DNA from: Promethearchaeati archaeon
Lineage (GTDB): Archaea > Asgardarchaeota > Heimdallarchaeia > Heimdallarchaeales > Heimdallarchaeaceae
Direction of reading: 5' to 3'
Length of the DNA stretch: 33,629 nucleotides
Assembly: GCA_013166775.1 (NCBI GenBank)
Contig: JABLTJ010000035.1
Location: 1-33,629, forward strand
Shown: positions 9,090 to 18,696 of the stretch, in pieces
How positions within the stretch are numbered: the first letter of the stretch is position 1
Layout of the letters: the number at the start of each line of letters is the position of its first letter
The notes under the pieces: model-generated
Database searches by the model: none
What the model was told of the DNA's origin: nothing
Seen by the model: the letters and a program-made list of their open reading frames with translations, nothing else
Made by a program: the position numbers and the translations under genes

Positions 9090-10031
9090 ATGACAATCAC
9101 AGAAATGGTTTCAGAAGAGGAATTGGAAATACTTACAGTGTATGATCCTTTTCCTGATAACAGAACCTCTATAAGAATAAGAAGAGGAGGTTCTTGGTAT
9201 AACATAAGTGTGATTGATATGAATGAAAATCCCCTTCATAATTACACTATTATTTGCGTTCATGGTTGGGGTTCAAATGCTCTAAACTATAGATACCTAC
9301 TCAAATTTCTGTCCCCTTATTTCAGAGTTATTGCTTTTGACTTCAAAGGACATGGAGAATCTGACAAAGAAGATGATACTTACGATATAGGTCAATTTAC
9401 TGAAGAATTAGCGCAACTTATAGATTATTATAATCCTAAGAATTTCACTCTTGTTGGTCACTCAATGGGAACAGCAATTGTGATGAATTATTTATATTTG
9501 AATCCTCTACGAGCAAATGCCGCTATTTTGCTTTCAGGAGCAGCTAATTTCAGAGAACCACTACCCCGATTTGTCCCTCTAATACTCACAAATATGGATG
9601 ATAGGGTAAAGAATCTTGTAGTAGAATTAGCAGTAGGAATTTTATCCTCTAGCAAAATGCCAAAAGATATACAAAAGGTACTTAGAGAGCAACTGAAGAA
9701 GACACCTTATCATGTTTATCGTAGTGCTTTACTCAACACAATTTTTGCTTGGAAAAAGGATGAGGATCTAAAGAAAATATCAACTCCCACACTCATTATG
9801 GTTGGAGGAAAAGACATCTTAACTCCTCAGAAAAATTCTGAAAAACTAAATGAACTTCTTCCTAATTCGAGATTAATAATAATTCCTGAAATTAATCATG
9901 CTTTATTACTGGAGCAAGGAATGGAAGTTTCTAATCTTATTAGAGAATTTGTTGAATATCAGATAGATTTAGATAAAGCAGAGAGGGAATTTGGAGTACA
10001 AAGATTATCTGATTTATTCAGTGAAGGATAA
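9090..10031 (+). CDS. Alpha/beta-fold hydrolase
   Basis: VHGWG, DFKGHGES, nucleophile elbow GHSMG, acid GGKD and His in INHALL. ATG at 9090 preferred over TTG at 9081. Confidence 0.93.
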   Translation: MTITEMVSEEELEILTVYDPFPDNRTSIRIRRGGSWYNISVIDMNENPLHNYTIICVHGWGSNALNYRYLLKFLSPYFRVIAFDFKGHGESDKEDDTYDIGQFTEELAQLIDYYNPKNFTLVGHSMGTAIVMNYLYLNPLRANAAILLSGAANFREPLPRFVPLILTNMDDRVKNLVVELAVGILSSSKMPKDIQKVLREQLKKTPYHVYRSALLNTIFAWKKDEDLKKISTPTLIMVGGKDILTPQKNSEKLNELLPNSRLIIIPEINHALLLEQGMEVSNLIREFVEYQIDLDKAEREFGVQRLSDLFSEG

Positions 10032-10064
10032 GATATTTCATTTTGAATGTAAAAAGAAGAGTAA

Positions 10065-11513
10065 TTAATCTCCTGTTGTCTTTCTAATCTTTGTTTTAGC
10101 TTCTTCTTTTGTCACAAAATTTATCCATTCTGTTTCATCAAGAATCTTCTTTGTATTCAACCTTTCAGAGATTGAATAACCTGATCCCTTACTAGATACT
10201 CGAAGAATAAACCATTCAAAGGAGAATTTGAAGTTCACTTTTGACCATAAACGTATAAGTAAGTTGTATGCTGCTACAATCATTAGTGATAATAAAATAA
10301 CATAACCCTCATTGTATTTGGGAAGTTTATCTATTAGTAGATTCTCTGGAACAAGGAAGCTAAAGAGCCACTTGGGAAGCATAGAGAAAATTTGAAAACT
10401 GAAAACTGATAGTGCAATTATCCCCCATAATCTGAAATATCGCCCTAGTTTGCTAGTTGCAAATTCTTCCCCTTTGCCACGAAATTCGACTAATCTAAGA
10501 AGAAGTGCTATTAGTCCTATCCATATTCCCATTAATATCAGGAAATAAGATAAGTTTGGTCTGAACCATGTAAAATCAAATTGTATTAGTGGATTTTTTG
10601 TTATTTCACCTATAGCTAAAACAATTCCTCCAAGAACAAAGAATAATAATGTCGAGTATCCTAAATATCTGGGAAATTTCCTTGGAACTTTTGGTTGTGC
10701 TAGAACTAATCCTATTATTGAACCAACAAAGGACACTGCAAGAAACGGAAAGAGAGGTTCAAGATCCCCAGTTAAAATTGTTAGAATATAGGTTGTAATG
10801 GATGGATAAGTTCTTGCTACAACCTCATTTGGCCAGTTTGAAAAACCTCTACCATTAACTAAGTAGTTATCTACTCCTGTCCATACGAAAAAGCTTGAAG
10901 CTATGATAATAAAAGCTAAAATTGCATAAATAATGACGTTTCTCTTTTGTTTCTGATATCCTTTCTTTCTCATCAAGAAGTAATGAATAAGCCCGTTTAT
11001 TATCATACACCATCCAATAGCTTGAAGAGTTTCCATTGTAAAGAATGCTCTACCAAATTGATTCCAGAAACTAGTAACTCTAAATGCACTTATTCCTTGA
11101 GTTATACTACCTCTGATACTATTGCCAAGATATCCGTAATAGAGTAATCCTTCAGTTATGGCGCCTGCAATCAATATACCTAAACCAGTTAAAACCTGTT
11201 TTATCATGATTTTCTCAGGGGAAAAATCTCTTGCTGCTCTTTTTGTCATAGCTAAGGAATTTACGATTGCACTAATTAACAAGAAATAGCCTGCAAATCC
11301 ACTAAACAATGCTAACAAAAGTACACCAATAATAACTAATACATTCTCTTGTAAGAGTGTATCAACATTTGTAGCCCAACTGATATCATAAAAATGCTGA
11401 ACGGAATGAAGAAAAACCATCATCCATATTGCTAAACCTCTCTGAAAATCAAGTGTAGCAATTCTTTTCATTTTGGGAATATCAGATAAAATTACTCCTT
11501 CTACTTCTGTCAT
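10065..11513 (-). CDS. Polytopic membrane protein, heparan-alpha-glucosaminide N-acetyltransferase/DUF1624-like
   Basis: N-terminal RIATLDFQRGLAIWMMVFLH motif (RxxxLDxxRGxAxxxMxxxH), ETLQAIG, PLFPFL and about 11-12 TM helices. Confidence 0.75.
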   Translation of the reverse strand: MTEVEGVILSDIPKMKRIATLDFQRGLAIWMMVFLHSVQHFYDISWATNVDTLLQENVLVIIGVLLLALFSGFAGYFLLISAIVNSLAMTKRAARDFSPEKIMIKQVLTGLGILIAGAITEGLLYYGYLGNSIRGSITQGISAFRVTSFWNQFGRAFFTMETLQAIGWCMIINGLIHYFLMRKKGYQKQKRNVIIYAILAFIIIASSFFVWTGVDNYLVNGRGFSNWPNEVVARTYPSITTYILTILTGDLEPLFPFLAVSFVGSIIGLVLAQPKVPRKFPRYLGYSTLLFFVLGGIVLAIGEITKNPLIQFDFTWFRPNLSYFLILMGIWIGLIALLLRLVEFRGKGEEFATSKLGRYFRLWGIIALSVFSFQIFSMLPKWLFSFLVPENLLIDKLPKYNEGYVILLSLMIVAAYNLLIRLWSKVNFKFSFEWFILRVSSKGSGYSISERLNTKKILDETEWINFVTKEEAKTKIRKTTGD

Positions 11514-11649
11514 CAAAGATCCTCTATTTAATCTAAAGATGGAAATTAAAAGAAAAACGAGGAATAAAAGTTTTGGGGTAAATTGAGCAAAAGAAGATAT
11601 TTCTTAAAATACTGATCATTTTTTCATTTAAATTCTTTATTGGAATATC

Positions 11650-11657
11650 TTTAAATA
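11650..11657 (+). promoter_or_regulatory. Probable TATA box of the tldD-tldE operon
   Basis: TTTAAATA ending 22 nt before the tldD ATG, consistent with an archaeal leaderless or short-leader transcript. Confidence 0.45.
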
Positions 11658-11679
11658 ATTCCTTTTCATAGTCTCTGAT

Positions 11680-13128
11680 ATGACTGGAGAACTCTATGAT
11701 CTAGTGGAAAAAGCTATTGAAGAAGGAAACAAACTAGATGCAAAATACATTGAAGCAAGGTTGGTTAAAACCAGCTTGAACATGAGTATTCTGAAAAATG
11801 GAGTACCTGAATTAGGTGGTATTTTCCGAACTAATGGTATTGGTATAAGGGTACTAAAGAATGGAGGTTTAGGTTTTGCTAGTTTCAATGAAATGACTAA
11901 AGATGAGATGAAAATAGCTGTTGCTTTTGCAACAAAAATGGCAGAAGCTACAGGTAAGAAAAGAAGAAAAAGAATAGTCTTTAGTGACGAAGAAGTTCAT
12001 GAAGCTGAATATAAATCAATAGGTGCAAACGGAAAACGTCCAATGGAGGTAGACACAGAGGAAAAAATCCTGAGATTAATAGGTCTGGATAAAATCCTAA
12101 CTGAACTTCAAACTGGAGCTATCATACCCTATAGATTCTTCCAGATGATAGATCAAACTGAAGAAAAATACCTATTAACAAACGAAGGAGCGAAAATAAA
12201 GAGTGAAATTGATCTAATTCAACTCTTTGGGTTAGCAGTAGCAGTGAATCCAAATACAGGATCAAAAGAACAATTGATGATACAGAAGGGAAAAGCAGGT
12301 GGATTGGAAGCTTTTGATTTCTGGAAAATAGAAGAGTATATTGAAAAAGAAGTAAAAACACTTGGCAAAATAGTAACAGAGGCAAAAGAAGCACCCAAAG
12401 GTGTAATTGATTATATTGTTGGTCCCAATGTCATTGGTATTATGTGTCATGAAAATCAAGGCCATCCTTCTGAAGGTGATAGAATTCTTGGAAGAGAAGG
12501 AGCACAAGCTGGAGAAAGTTATCTAACCAAAGAAATGATTGGAGAGAGAATAGGATCAGAAAATGTTACAATAATCGATGACTCAACTCTTGAGGGATCT
12601 TATGGTTTCTATCTTTATGATGACGAAGGCGTGAAAGCAAAACCCAGATACTTACTCAAGAAAGGAATCTTCAAAAATATACTGCACAACAGAGAATCAG
12701 CAGCTTTTATGGAAACTTCAAGTACCGCAGCTGCACGTGCAATTGGGTATAATAGAGAACCAATTCCTAGAATGGCTAATACATATCTTGAACCTGGTGA
12801 TTTCTCTTTTGAAGAAATGATTGAAGACGTAAAACTTGGTGTTTTGATGCAAAATTTCACAGAATGGAACATAGACGATAGAAGGTATCAATCAAAATAT
12901 GTTGGACTTGAAGCCTATTTAATTGAAAATGGAGAAATAAAACATCTTGTAAGAAGACCTAATATTGAAACAACAACCCCCAAGTTATGGGGTTCAGTAG
13001 ATGCAGTTGCTAAGAGAGATCTACTTGAATTTGACGCAGCAACTTGTGGAAAAGGAGATCCAATGCAAGGTGCTCCTGTTTACCATGGTGGTTCATTTAT
13101 GAGAATCAGGAATGTGGAGGTAAGGTGA
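11680..13128 (+). CDS. tldD: TldD metalloprotease subunit
   Basis: GIGIRVLKNGGLGFA, zinc motif HENQGH, YDDEG, PRMANTYLEPG and C-terminal CGKGDPMQ. Confidence 0.95.
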   Translation: MTGELYDLVEKAIEEGNKLDAKYIEARLVKTSLNMSILKNGVPELGGIFRTNGIGIRVLKNGGLGFASFNEMTKDEMKIAVAFATKMAEATGKKRRKRIVFSDEEVHEAEYKSIGANGKRPMEVDTEEKILRLIGLDKILTELQTGAIIPYRFFQMIDQTEEKYLLTNEGAKIKSEIDLIQLFGLAVAVNPNTGSKEQLMIQKGKAGGLEAFDFWKIEEYIEKEVKTLGKIVTEAKEAPKGVIDYIVGPNVIGIMCHENQGHPSEGDRILGREGAQAGESYLTKEMIGERIGSENVTIIDDSTLEGSYGFYLYDDEGVKAKPRYLLKKGIFKNILHNRESAAFMETSSTAAARAIGYNREPIPRMANTYLEPGDFSFEEMIEDVKLGVLMQNFTEWNIDDRRYQSKYVGLEAYLIENGEIKHLVRRPNIETTTPKLWGSVDAVAKRDLLEFDAATCGKGDPMQGAPVYHGGSFMRIRNVEVR

Positions 13129-13130
13129 TC
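13123..13130 (+). promoter_or_regulatory. Shine-Dalgarno-like site for tldE overlapping the tldD stop codon
   Basis: AGGTGATC (within GGAGGTAAGGTGATC) is complementary to the 16S rRNA 3' end GAUCACCU and lies just upstream of the ATG at 13133. Confidence 0.55.
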
Positions 13131-13132
13131 TA

Positions 13133-14485
13133 ATGCCAGAAAAAATAAACGTTATTAATATGATTGAGCTTTCAATCAATAAACTCAATGAATTAGATTT
13201 TGCTGATTATGTAATCGAAACTCAAAGAAGTAACAGATCGCAACTACGTTTTGCTGATAATCAATTTACAGTAGCAAAGAACTGGGCATCTACTATCCTA
13301 GGTGTTTTTGCTGTAAAAGAATCTCGAACAGTGGCAACTCAAATTGAGGATTTGTCAGCAGAGACAATTAATTCATCCATCGAATCCCTAGCTAAACTTG
13401 CAGGATCACTTCCTAAGAATGAAAATTATATGGGAATATCTGACGGTCCTTTCAGTTATCCTAATATTGAGCATCTAGCTGATCCTGATTTTTTGGAATT
13501 CCATGATAAGTCTATAGACAATGTTGAATCAGCAATTAGAGCTGCTGAAGAAGAAGGTGCCAAACGATCAGCAGGAGTGCTCTTATGGGACGTAACAGAA
13601 CGTAATCTTCGTTCATCTCATGGAGCTTTAGTCAAAAGCAATTCCACAAGCTTTGAATTTAGTATTAGATCATTTGTTGATGAGAAAAGTTCTGGAAGTG
13701 GTGTTGCTGTTGGAAGACTTTCTTCTAAACTAAATTTCGAAAAAGCAGGAAGAGATGCTGGAAAAATAGCTAAGATGTCAGTTGGAGGAATCAATGGAGA
13801 ACCAGGGAAGTATAATGTTATCCTCAGTCCGAAAGTTGCTGGAGATATAATAGCAGCTACTCCTGCTGCAGCTAATCCTTTTAATGTAGAAATAGGACTT
13901 TCATGGTTGAAAGATAAAATAGGAGAAAAAATAGGACCTGATCTAGTCACAGTATATGATGATGCTTTGTTACCAAATGGTTTAGGATCAAGAGTTTGTG
14001 ATGATGAAGGGCATCCAACTGGACGAAATATGATTGTAGAAAATGGTATTCTCAAAGGATTTATCCATAATACATCAACTGCAAAAAAAGTTGGTACAAC
14101 TAGTACCGGAAATGCTGGACTAGTCTTCCCTCAGAACTCGAATATCTTCTTTGAACCAGGAGACCAATCCTTTGAAGAACTATTGGAAATTTCCAAAGAC
14201 AAACCAACTCTCTATATCACAAACAATTGGTATACTAGATTTACAAGTTATGTTGATGGTGTGTTCTCAACTATACCTAGAGATGGAATGTTTCTTGTAG
14301 AAAATGGAGAGATCAAACAACCAGTAAGAGAATTGCGTATAACTGATACAATGCTAAATATCTTCAAAAATATCAAAGCAATGAGTAAGGAAAACATTCA
14401 AATCAAAACATGGGAAGTACCTCAACCAGTCTTCATCCCATACGTTCTTGTAGAAGATGTAAACCTTACAGCTGCAACTTCTTAA
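13133..14485 (+). CDS. tldE: TldE/PmbA non-catalytic partner subunit
   Basis: LRFADNQ, EPGKYNVILSP, DDEGHPT, STGNAG and no HExxH. Starts 4 nt after tldD. Confidence 0.92.
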   Translation: MPEKINVINMIELSINKLNELDFADYVIETQRSNRSQLRFADNQFTVAKNWASTILGVFAVKESRTVATQIEDLSAETINSSIESLAKLAGSLPKNENYMGISDGPFSYPNIEHLADPDFLEFHDKSIDNVESAIRAAEEEGAKRSAGVLLWDVTERNLRSSHGALVKSNSTSFEFSIRSFVDEKSSGSGVAVGRLSSKLNFEKAGRDAGKIAKMSVGGINGEPGKYNVILSPKVAGDIIAATPAAANPFNVEIGLSWLKDKIGEKIGPDLVTVYDDALLPNGLGSRVCDDEGHPTGRNMIVENGILKGFIHNTSTAKKVGTTSTGNAGLVFPQNSNIFFEPGDQSFEELLEISKDKPTLYITNNWYTRFTSYVDGVFSTIPRDGMFLVENGEIKQPVRELRITDTMLNIFKNIKAMSKENIQIKTWEVPQPVFIPYVLVEDVNLTAATS

Positions 14486-14537
14486 TATATATTTCCTTTA
14501 TTTTTCTACTTTAATATAATATCACAGAGTAAAAACT

Positions 14538-15221
14538 CTATGATACCCACCAACCTCCTTCATCTGAAATAAAGAAGACAGGTTGCCCATCGGGTAAACA
14601 AAGTATAAACCTTGTGAATTGAGTACCATAACCAGCTAAAGGAGCATAAACATCACTAATTATCATAGTTTGATTTACAAAAATTAGTAGAGTTCTGATT
14701 GTAAATAAATGGTCTATTATATCCTCTATCATCCAGTATTCTTGATCTGGACTTGAATCATTGAAAACTGTTATAGAAGAGTAAATTTCATTAGAATAAT
14801 TGAAATAAAACATGAAAGAAGGATAAGGATGAATCATACTTAGAAACTCGGATTTTGGAATACCATGAGTTAAATTAGCTGAGTAACTAAATTCATGAAA
14901 AGGCCAGTAACCTTCATTAGTGTAATCTTCTGGATAGTAAGAGTTAAGAAATTTCTGTTCCCGTTCTATTAGAATGGAAATATTTTCAATATGATCCTCA
15001 TAATGTTCTCCCTTTATTCCATCAAAATAACTACTATTTCCTGATATATTTTCTAAGCTAAGAAGAATAGGTAAGAATGATTCATCTGGAACATGTCGTC
15101 CTATAAAGCTTCTAAATCTAGAAGGATCAGGTATTGTATGATATGGACGAAGTAATACTACAGTGAGGATTGAGCTTATAATCACAACACTTGAAGCTGC
15201 TAAAAGAAAAGCTTTTCTCAT
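14538..15221 (-). CDS. Hypothetical secreted or N-terminally anchored protein
   Basis: MRK plus hydrophobic signal/anchor helix; several N-x-S/T sequons (NIS, NSS, NLT, NYS, NDS, NQT). Confidence 0.7.
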   Translation of the reverse strand: MRKAFLLAASSVVIISSILTVVLLRPYHTIPDPSRFRSFIGRHVPDESFLPILLSLENISGNSSYFDGIKGEHYEDHIENISILIEREQKFLNSYYPEDYTNEGYWPFHEFSYSANLTHGIPKSEFLSMIHPYPSFMFYFNYSNEIYSSITVFNDSSPDQEYWMIEDIIDHLFTIRTLLIFVNQTMIISDVYAPLAGYGTQFTRFILCLPDGQPVFFISDEGGWWVS

Positions 15222-15343
15222 AAGTAAACTGAATGGACTAAAGTATTATATTTTATTGTGTCATAAACAACACAGTCTATTATTTAGTATTGATATTAGT
15301 TATATCTCGTAAAATTCATATATGAATTATTTGAAGTTTCTTT

Positions 15344-17128
15344 ATGTCTCAAGAAATAATTGAGTGGGATTTGTCAAGTTTATACAAGGGAACTGATGAT
15401 CCTCGAATAGATAAAGATATTAAAGAAATAGAAGCAAAAGTAAAAAAACTCATTGAGAAAGCTAAAGGAAATCTGAATTCTGATTTATTGACTCCTACTC
15501 AATTGAAAGAGTGGTTTGAATATTATGAAGAAGCTTCTACAAAAGCTTTTTACCTGAATCTATATTCAGGACTTATTTATTCGATAACATCTTTAGATGA
15601 TGAAGTAAAAGCATTAAAAGCTAAGATAGATGATTTTTCTACTAAAATGCAACAAGAAACATTATTCTTTAATTTGGAATTAAATCAAATTTCTGAAGAA
15701 AGATTCAAAGAACTAGTTAATTCTCCGGTTCTTTCAAACTACAAACATGAAATAGAGTATAATAGGCTAGAGAAAGCTCACCAGCTCTCTGAGAGCGAGG
15801 AGCAAATAGTTTTAATGAAAGATCTGACAGGAAGAAAAGGTTTCCGAAAACTCTACAGTGAGATTACAAGTGGTTTCACATATGAATTTGATGTAGATGG
15901 TGAAAAGAAAACTATGACAGGTTCAGAATTATTTTCTCTTATGTATCATACAGATAAAGATGTACGATACAATGCTCTTCAAACCTATATCTCTGAATAT
16001 AAGAATAATGAGTTGACTTTTACGCACATTTACAATAATATCTTGAAAGATTGGGTTCAAGAATGTGAAAGAAGAAAATTCAAGACACCTATTGCTAAGA
16101 GAAATCTTGAAAACGAAGTAGACGATGATATCGTAGAAACTCTTGGAAAGGTTACTACTAAGAGCAACACTATAGTAGAGAAATACTACAACATCAAGAA
16201 AAAGATTCTCAAACTTCCTGAATTAAAGATGTCAGACATCTACGCACCTGTTGGTGAAGTGTCCAAGAAATACAGCTACAAGGAAGCTGTGGAATTAATA
16301 AAGGATGCAAATCAAAATTTCTCTCCGAAATTTAGAGAGATAGTTGAAAAAATGGTAGAGCAAGAACACATTGATGTTACTCCAAGAAAAGGAAAAGTTG
16401 AAGGAGCTTTCTGTAGTTATGGTAAGATGAATGAATATCCCTATGTTTTCTTAAACTTTACTGGAACTGTCGATTCTGTTCTTACTTTAGCTCATGAACT
16501 TGGACATGCAATTCATCATTACTTAATACAACAAAAACAGACTTTTACAAATATTGGATCATCTCTTCCAGTCGCTGAGATTGCTTCAGTATTTAATGAG
16601 ATTGTAGCTTTCGATTTCCTGATTAAACAGGATCTGAGTAAAAAGGATAAGATAGCTTTATTAGCTAATCACATAGAAGGGAATTTCTCAACATCTCATA
16701 GACAAAATGCATTCTATAGATATGAGAAACATATTCATAATTTGATTAAAGAGAAATTGCCAACTACAGACGATTTCAAAGAATCATTCGCAAAAGAAAT
16801 GGAATTGATGTTTGGAAATTCAATCACAAATATTAAGGAAGATTATGAAAGTTATTGTTTTGTCGTTCCACACTTCATTGATGTACCTTTCTATGTTTAT
16901 GCGTACAATATGTCCAACCTATTGGTTATTGCACTATACCAACTCTATCTTGAACAAAAGGAAAAGTTTATTCCAAAATTCATTGATTTACTTTCAGTAG
17001 GAAAAAGTATGACGCCTGCTGAAATGCTTGCTAGAATGGGGATAGACCTAACAGATTCAACTTTCTGGCATAAAGGAATAGATTATCTTTCTAGAAAAAT
17101 AGATGAATTAGAAGAATTAATCAACTAA
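15344..17128 (+). CDS. pepF: Oligoendopeptidase F, peptidase family M3B
   Basis: WDLSSLY, RKGKVEGAFC, TLAHELGHAIH, AEIASVFNE and PHF..PFYVYAY. Confidence 0.95.
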   Translation: MSQEIIEWDLSSLYKGTDDPRIDKDIKEIEAKVKKLIEKAKGNLNSDLLTPTQLKEWFEYYEEASTKAFYLNLYSGLIYSITSLDDEVKALKAKIDDFSTKMQQETLFFNLELNQISEERFKELVNSPVLSNYKHEIEYNRLEKAHQLSESEEQIVLMKDLTGRKGFRKLYSEITSGFTYEFDVDGEKKTMTGSELFSLMYHTDKDVRYNALQTYISEYKNNELTFTHIYNNILKDWVQECERRKFKTPIAKRNLENEVDDDIVETLGKVTTKSNTIVEKYYNIKKKILKLPELKMSDIYAPVGEVSKKYSYKEAVELIKDANQNFSPKFREIVEKMVEQEHIDVTPRKGKVEGAFCSYGKMNEYPYVFLNFTGTVDSVLTLAHELGHAIHHYLIQQKQTFTNIGSSLPVAEIASVFNEIVAFDFLIKQDLSKKDKIALLANHIEGNFSTSHRQNAFYRYEKHIHNLIKEKLPTTDDFKESFAKEMELMFGNSITNIKEDYESYCFVVPHFIDVPFYVYAYNMSNLLVIALYQLYLEQKEKFIPKFIDLLSVGKSMTPAEMLARMGIDLTDSTFWHKGIDYLSRKIDELEELIN

Positions 17129-17216
17129 TTCTCTTCTCTTTTATATTTTATGACAATAAAATAGTATGTTAAGAAAAGTTATAAGGGTTTAAGAGACAAT
17201 ATTGTCGGAGAGTCCA

Positions 17217-17435
17217 ATGAGGAATCTATTTGAATCGGTGAATATTCGAGCAACTTTTGTTGGATTAGTTGTGGCTGAAATCATCCTTATTGCTTTTCTA
17301 ATATCATTTGATATTGCGAGGGGTGGAATGACTATTATTGGTTATGTTATCTGGAGTTTAGTTTTCATAATATTCTTTCCAATACTTCTAAAACAATGGT
17401 CAAAGTATAAGAACGGTGATAATGGAGATAATTGA
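17217..17435 (+). CDS. Small two-TM membrane protein, hypothetical
   Basis: Two hydrophobic helices; GGAG upstream of the ATG at 17217 (alternative TTG at 17202). Confidence 0.6.
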   Translation: MRNLFESVNIRATFVGLVVAEIILIAFLISFDIARGGMTIIGYVIWSLVFIIFFPILLKQWSKYKNGDNGDN

Positions 17436-17500
17436 ATAAAAAATCAAATTATTTTATTTTCATCACAAATTTGATAAAGAAATAATTTCATGATGTTTTA

Positions 17501-18154
17501 ATGAAACTTTCAGATTTTCACACTCACACAATATTGTCAGACGGAGTTTTAATTCCTGCTGAACAGATAAGAAGATTAATTGTAGGAGGACTGGATACTG
17601 TTGCTATAACGGACCATATTGATTCTGCAACAGTTGATTATGTTCTGAATAGCCTTGAAAAAATTAGGAACGATTTTGACGATTATATTACGTTCTTACC
17701 AGGAGTGGAGATTACACATGTTTTACCTTCCCAGATTCCAGCACTAGCTAAGAAAGCAAAACAAAGGAATTTCTTGGTTGTGGTTCATGGTGAAACTATT
17801 GTAGAATCTGTAATTGAGGGGACAAATAGAGCTGCTGTAATGTGCCCAGATGTAGATATTCTAGCACATCCTGGAATTTTAACATTGGAGGAAGCACAAC
17901 TAGCAAAAGATAATGATGTTTTTCTTGAGATAACAACTCGCGGAGGGCATTCTTTAGGGAATGGGTTAGTTGCTGAATTAGCCAATAAAACTAGAGCTAA
18001 AATGATACTCAATACAGATTCACATCGACCTGGGGATTTTCTAACCAAAGAATTAAGAGAAAAAACTGCTTTAGGGGCTGGAATACCAGAGACAATATTT
18101 GAGGAATTGTTTATTAAAAATCCAGAGGAGATTGTTAGAAGGATTATCAAATAG
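17501..18154 (+). CDS. PHP-domain phosphoesterase (histidinol-phosphatase-like archaeal family)
   Basis: DFHTHT..SDG, ITDH, GVEITH, VVVHGETIVE, DILAHPG and NTDSH. Confidence 0.92.
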   Translation: MKLSDFHTHTILSDGVLIPAEQIRRLIVGGLDTVAITDHIDSATVDYVLNSLEKIRNDFDDYITFLPGVEITHVLPSQIPALAKKAKQRNFLVVVHGETIVESVIEGTNRAAVMCPDVDILAHPGILTLEEAQLAKDNDVFLEITTRGGHSLGNGLVAELANKTRAKMILNTDSHRPGDFLTKELREKTALGAGIPETIFEELFIKNPEEIVRRIIK

Positions 18155-18165
18155 TAGGGATTTAA

Positions 18166-18696
18166 TTGAGTGAAAAATTCAAATTAAATGAAAAATCAAT
18201 CGTTGCAAGACATCAGAAAGGCAATGTTAGATTCAGAAAATTTACTAAACAATTGAATCGAATTTTTAGTTTCTTATATCGAATCAATCTTCTCCCACTA
18301 TTTGGAGTAGGGAGAACTATGATACTTCTAAAAACTATTGGGAGAAAAACAGGAAAAAAACGAACTACACCGGTTCTTTGTAGGATCTTTCATACAGGGG
18401 AATTAACACTTTATAGTGCTAGAGGGAAGAAAGCTGATTGGTTGAGAAACATCTTAGCAGATGAGAAGAAACAAACCAATATCCAAAAAGGTTTCCGAAG
18501 GATGAAAGTCGAAGCTAAGTTAGTAGAACCTGTAGAAGAGAGAGAGGAGCATTTAAAGTACTGGTTTGAGAATTTAGATGATGCAAAGTATATTTTTGGA
18601 TACGAACGTGATAAACATGGAGATGTAACAGCAACAGAAGAGTTCAAAAAAATAGCTAAATCTATTGAATTTATTCAACTAATTCCAGTAAAATAA
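18166..18696 (+). CDS. Deazaflavin (F420)-dependent nitroreductase/quinone reductase family (Ddn-like)
   Basis: LLKTIGRKTGKKRTTPV and ADWLRNILAD motifs. TTG start 11 nt after the PHP gene. Confidence 0.8.
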   Translation: MSEKFKLNEKSIVARHQKGNVRFRKFTKQLNRIFSFLYRINLLPLFGVGRTMILLKTIGRKTGKKRTTPVLCRIFHTGELTLYSARGKKADWLRNILADEKKQTNIQKGFRRMKVEAKLVEPVEEREEHLKYWFENLDDAKYIFGYERDKHGDVTATEEFKKIAKSIEFIQLIPVK

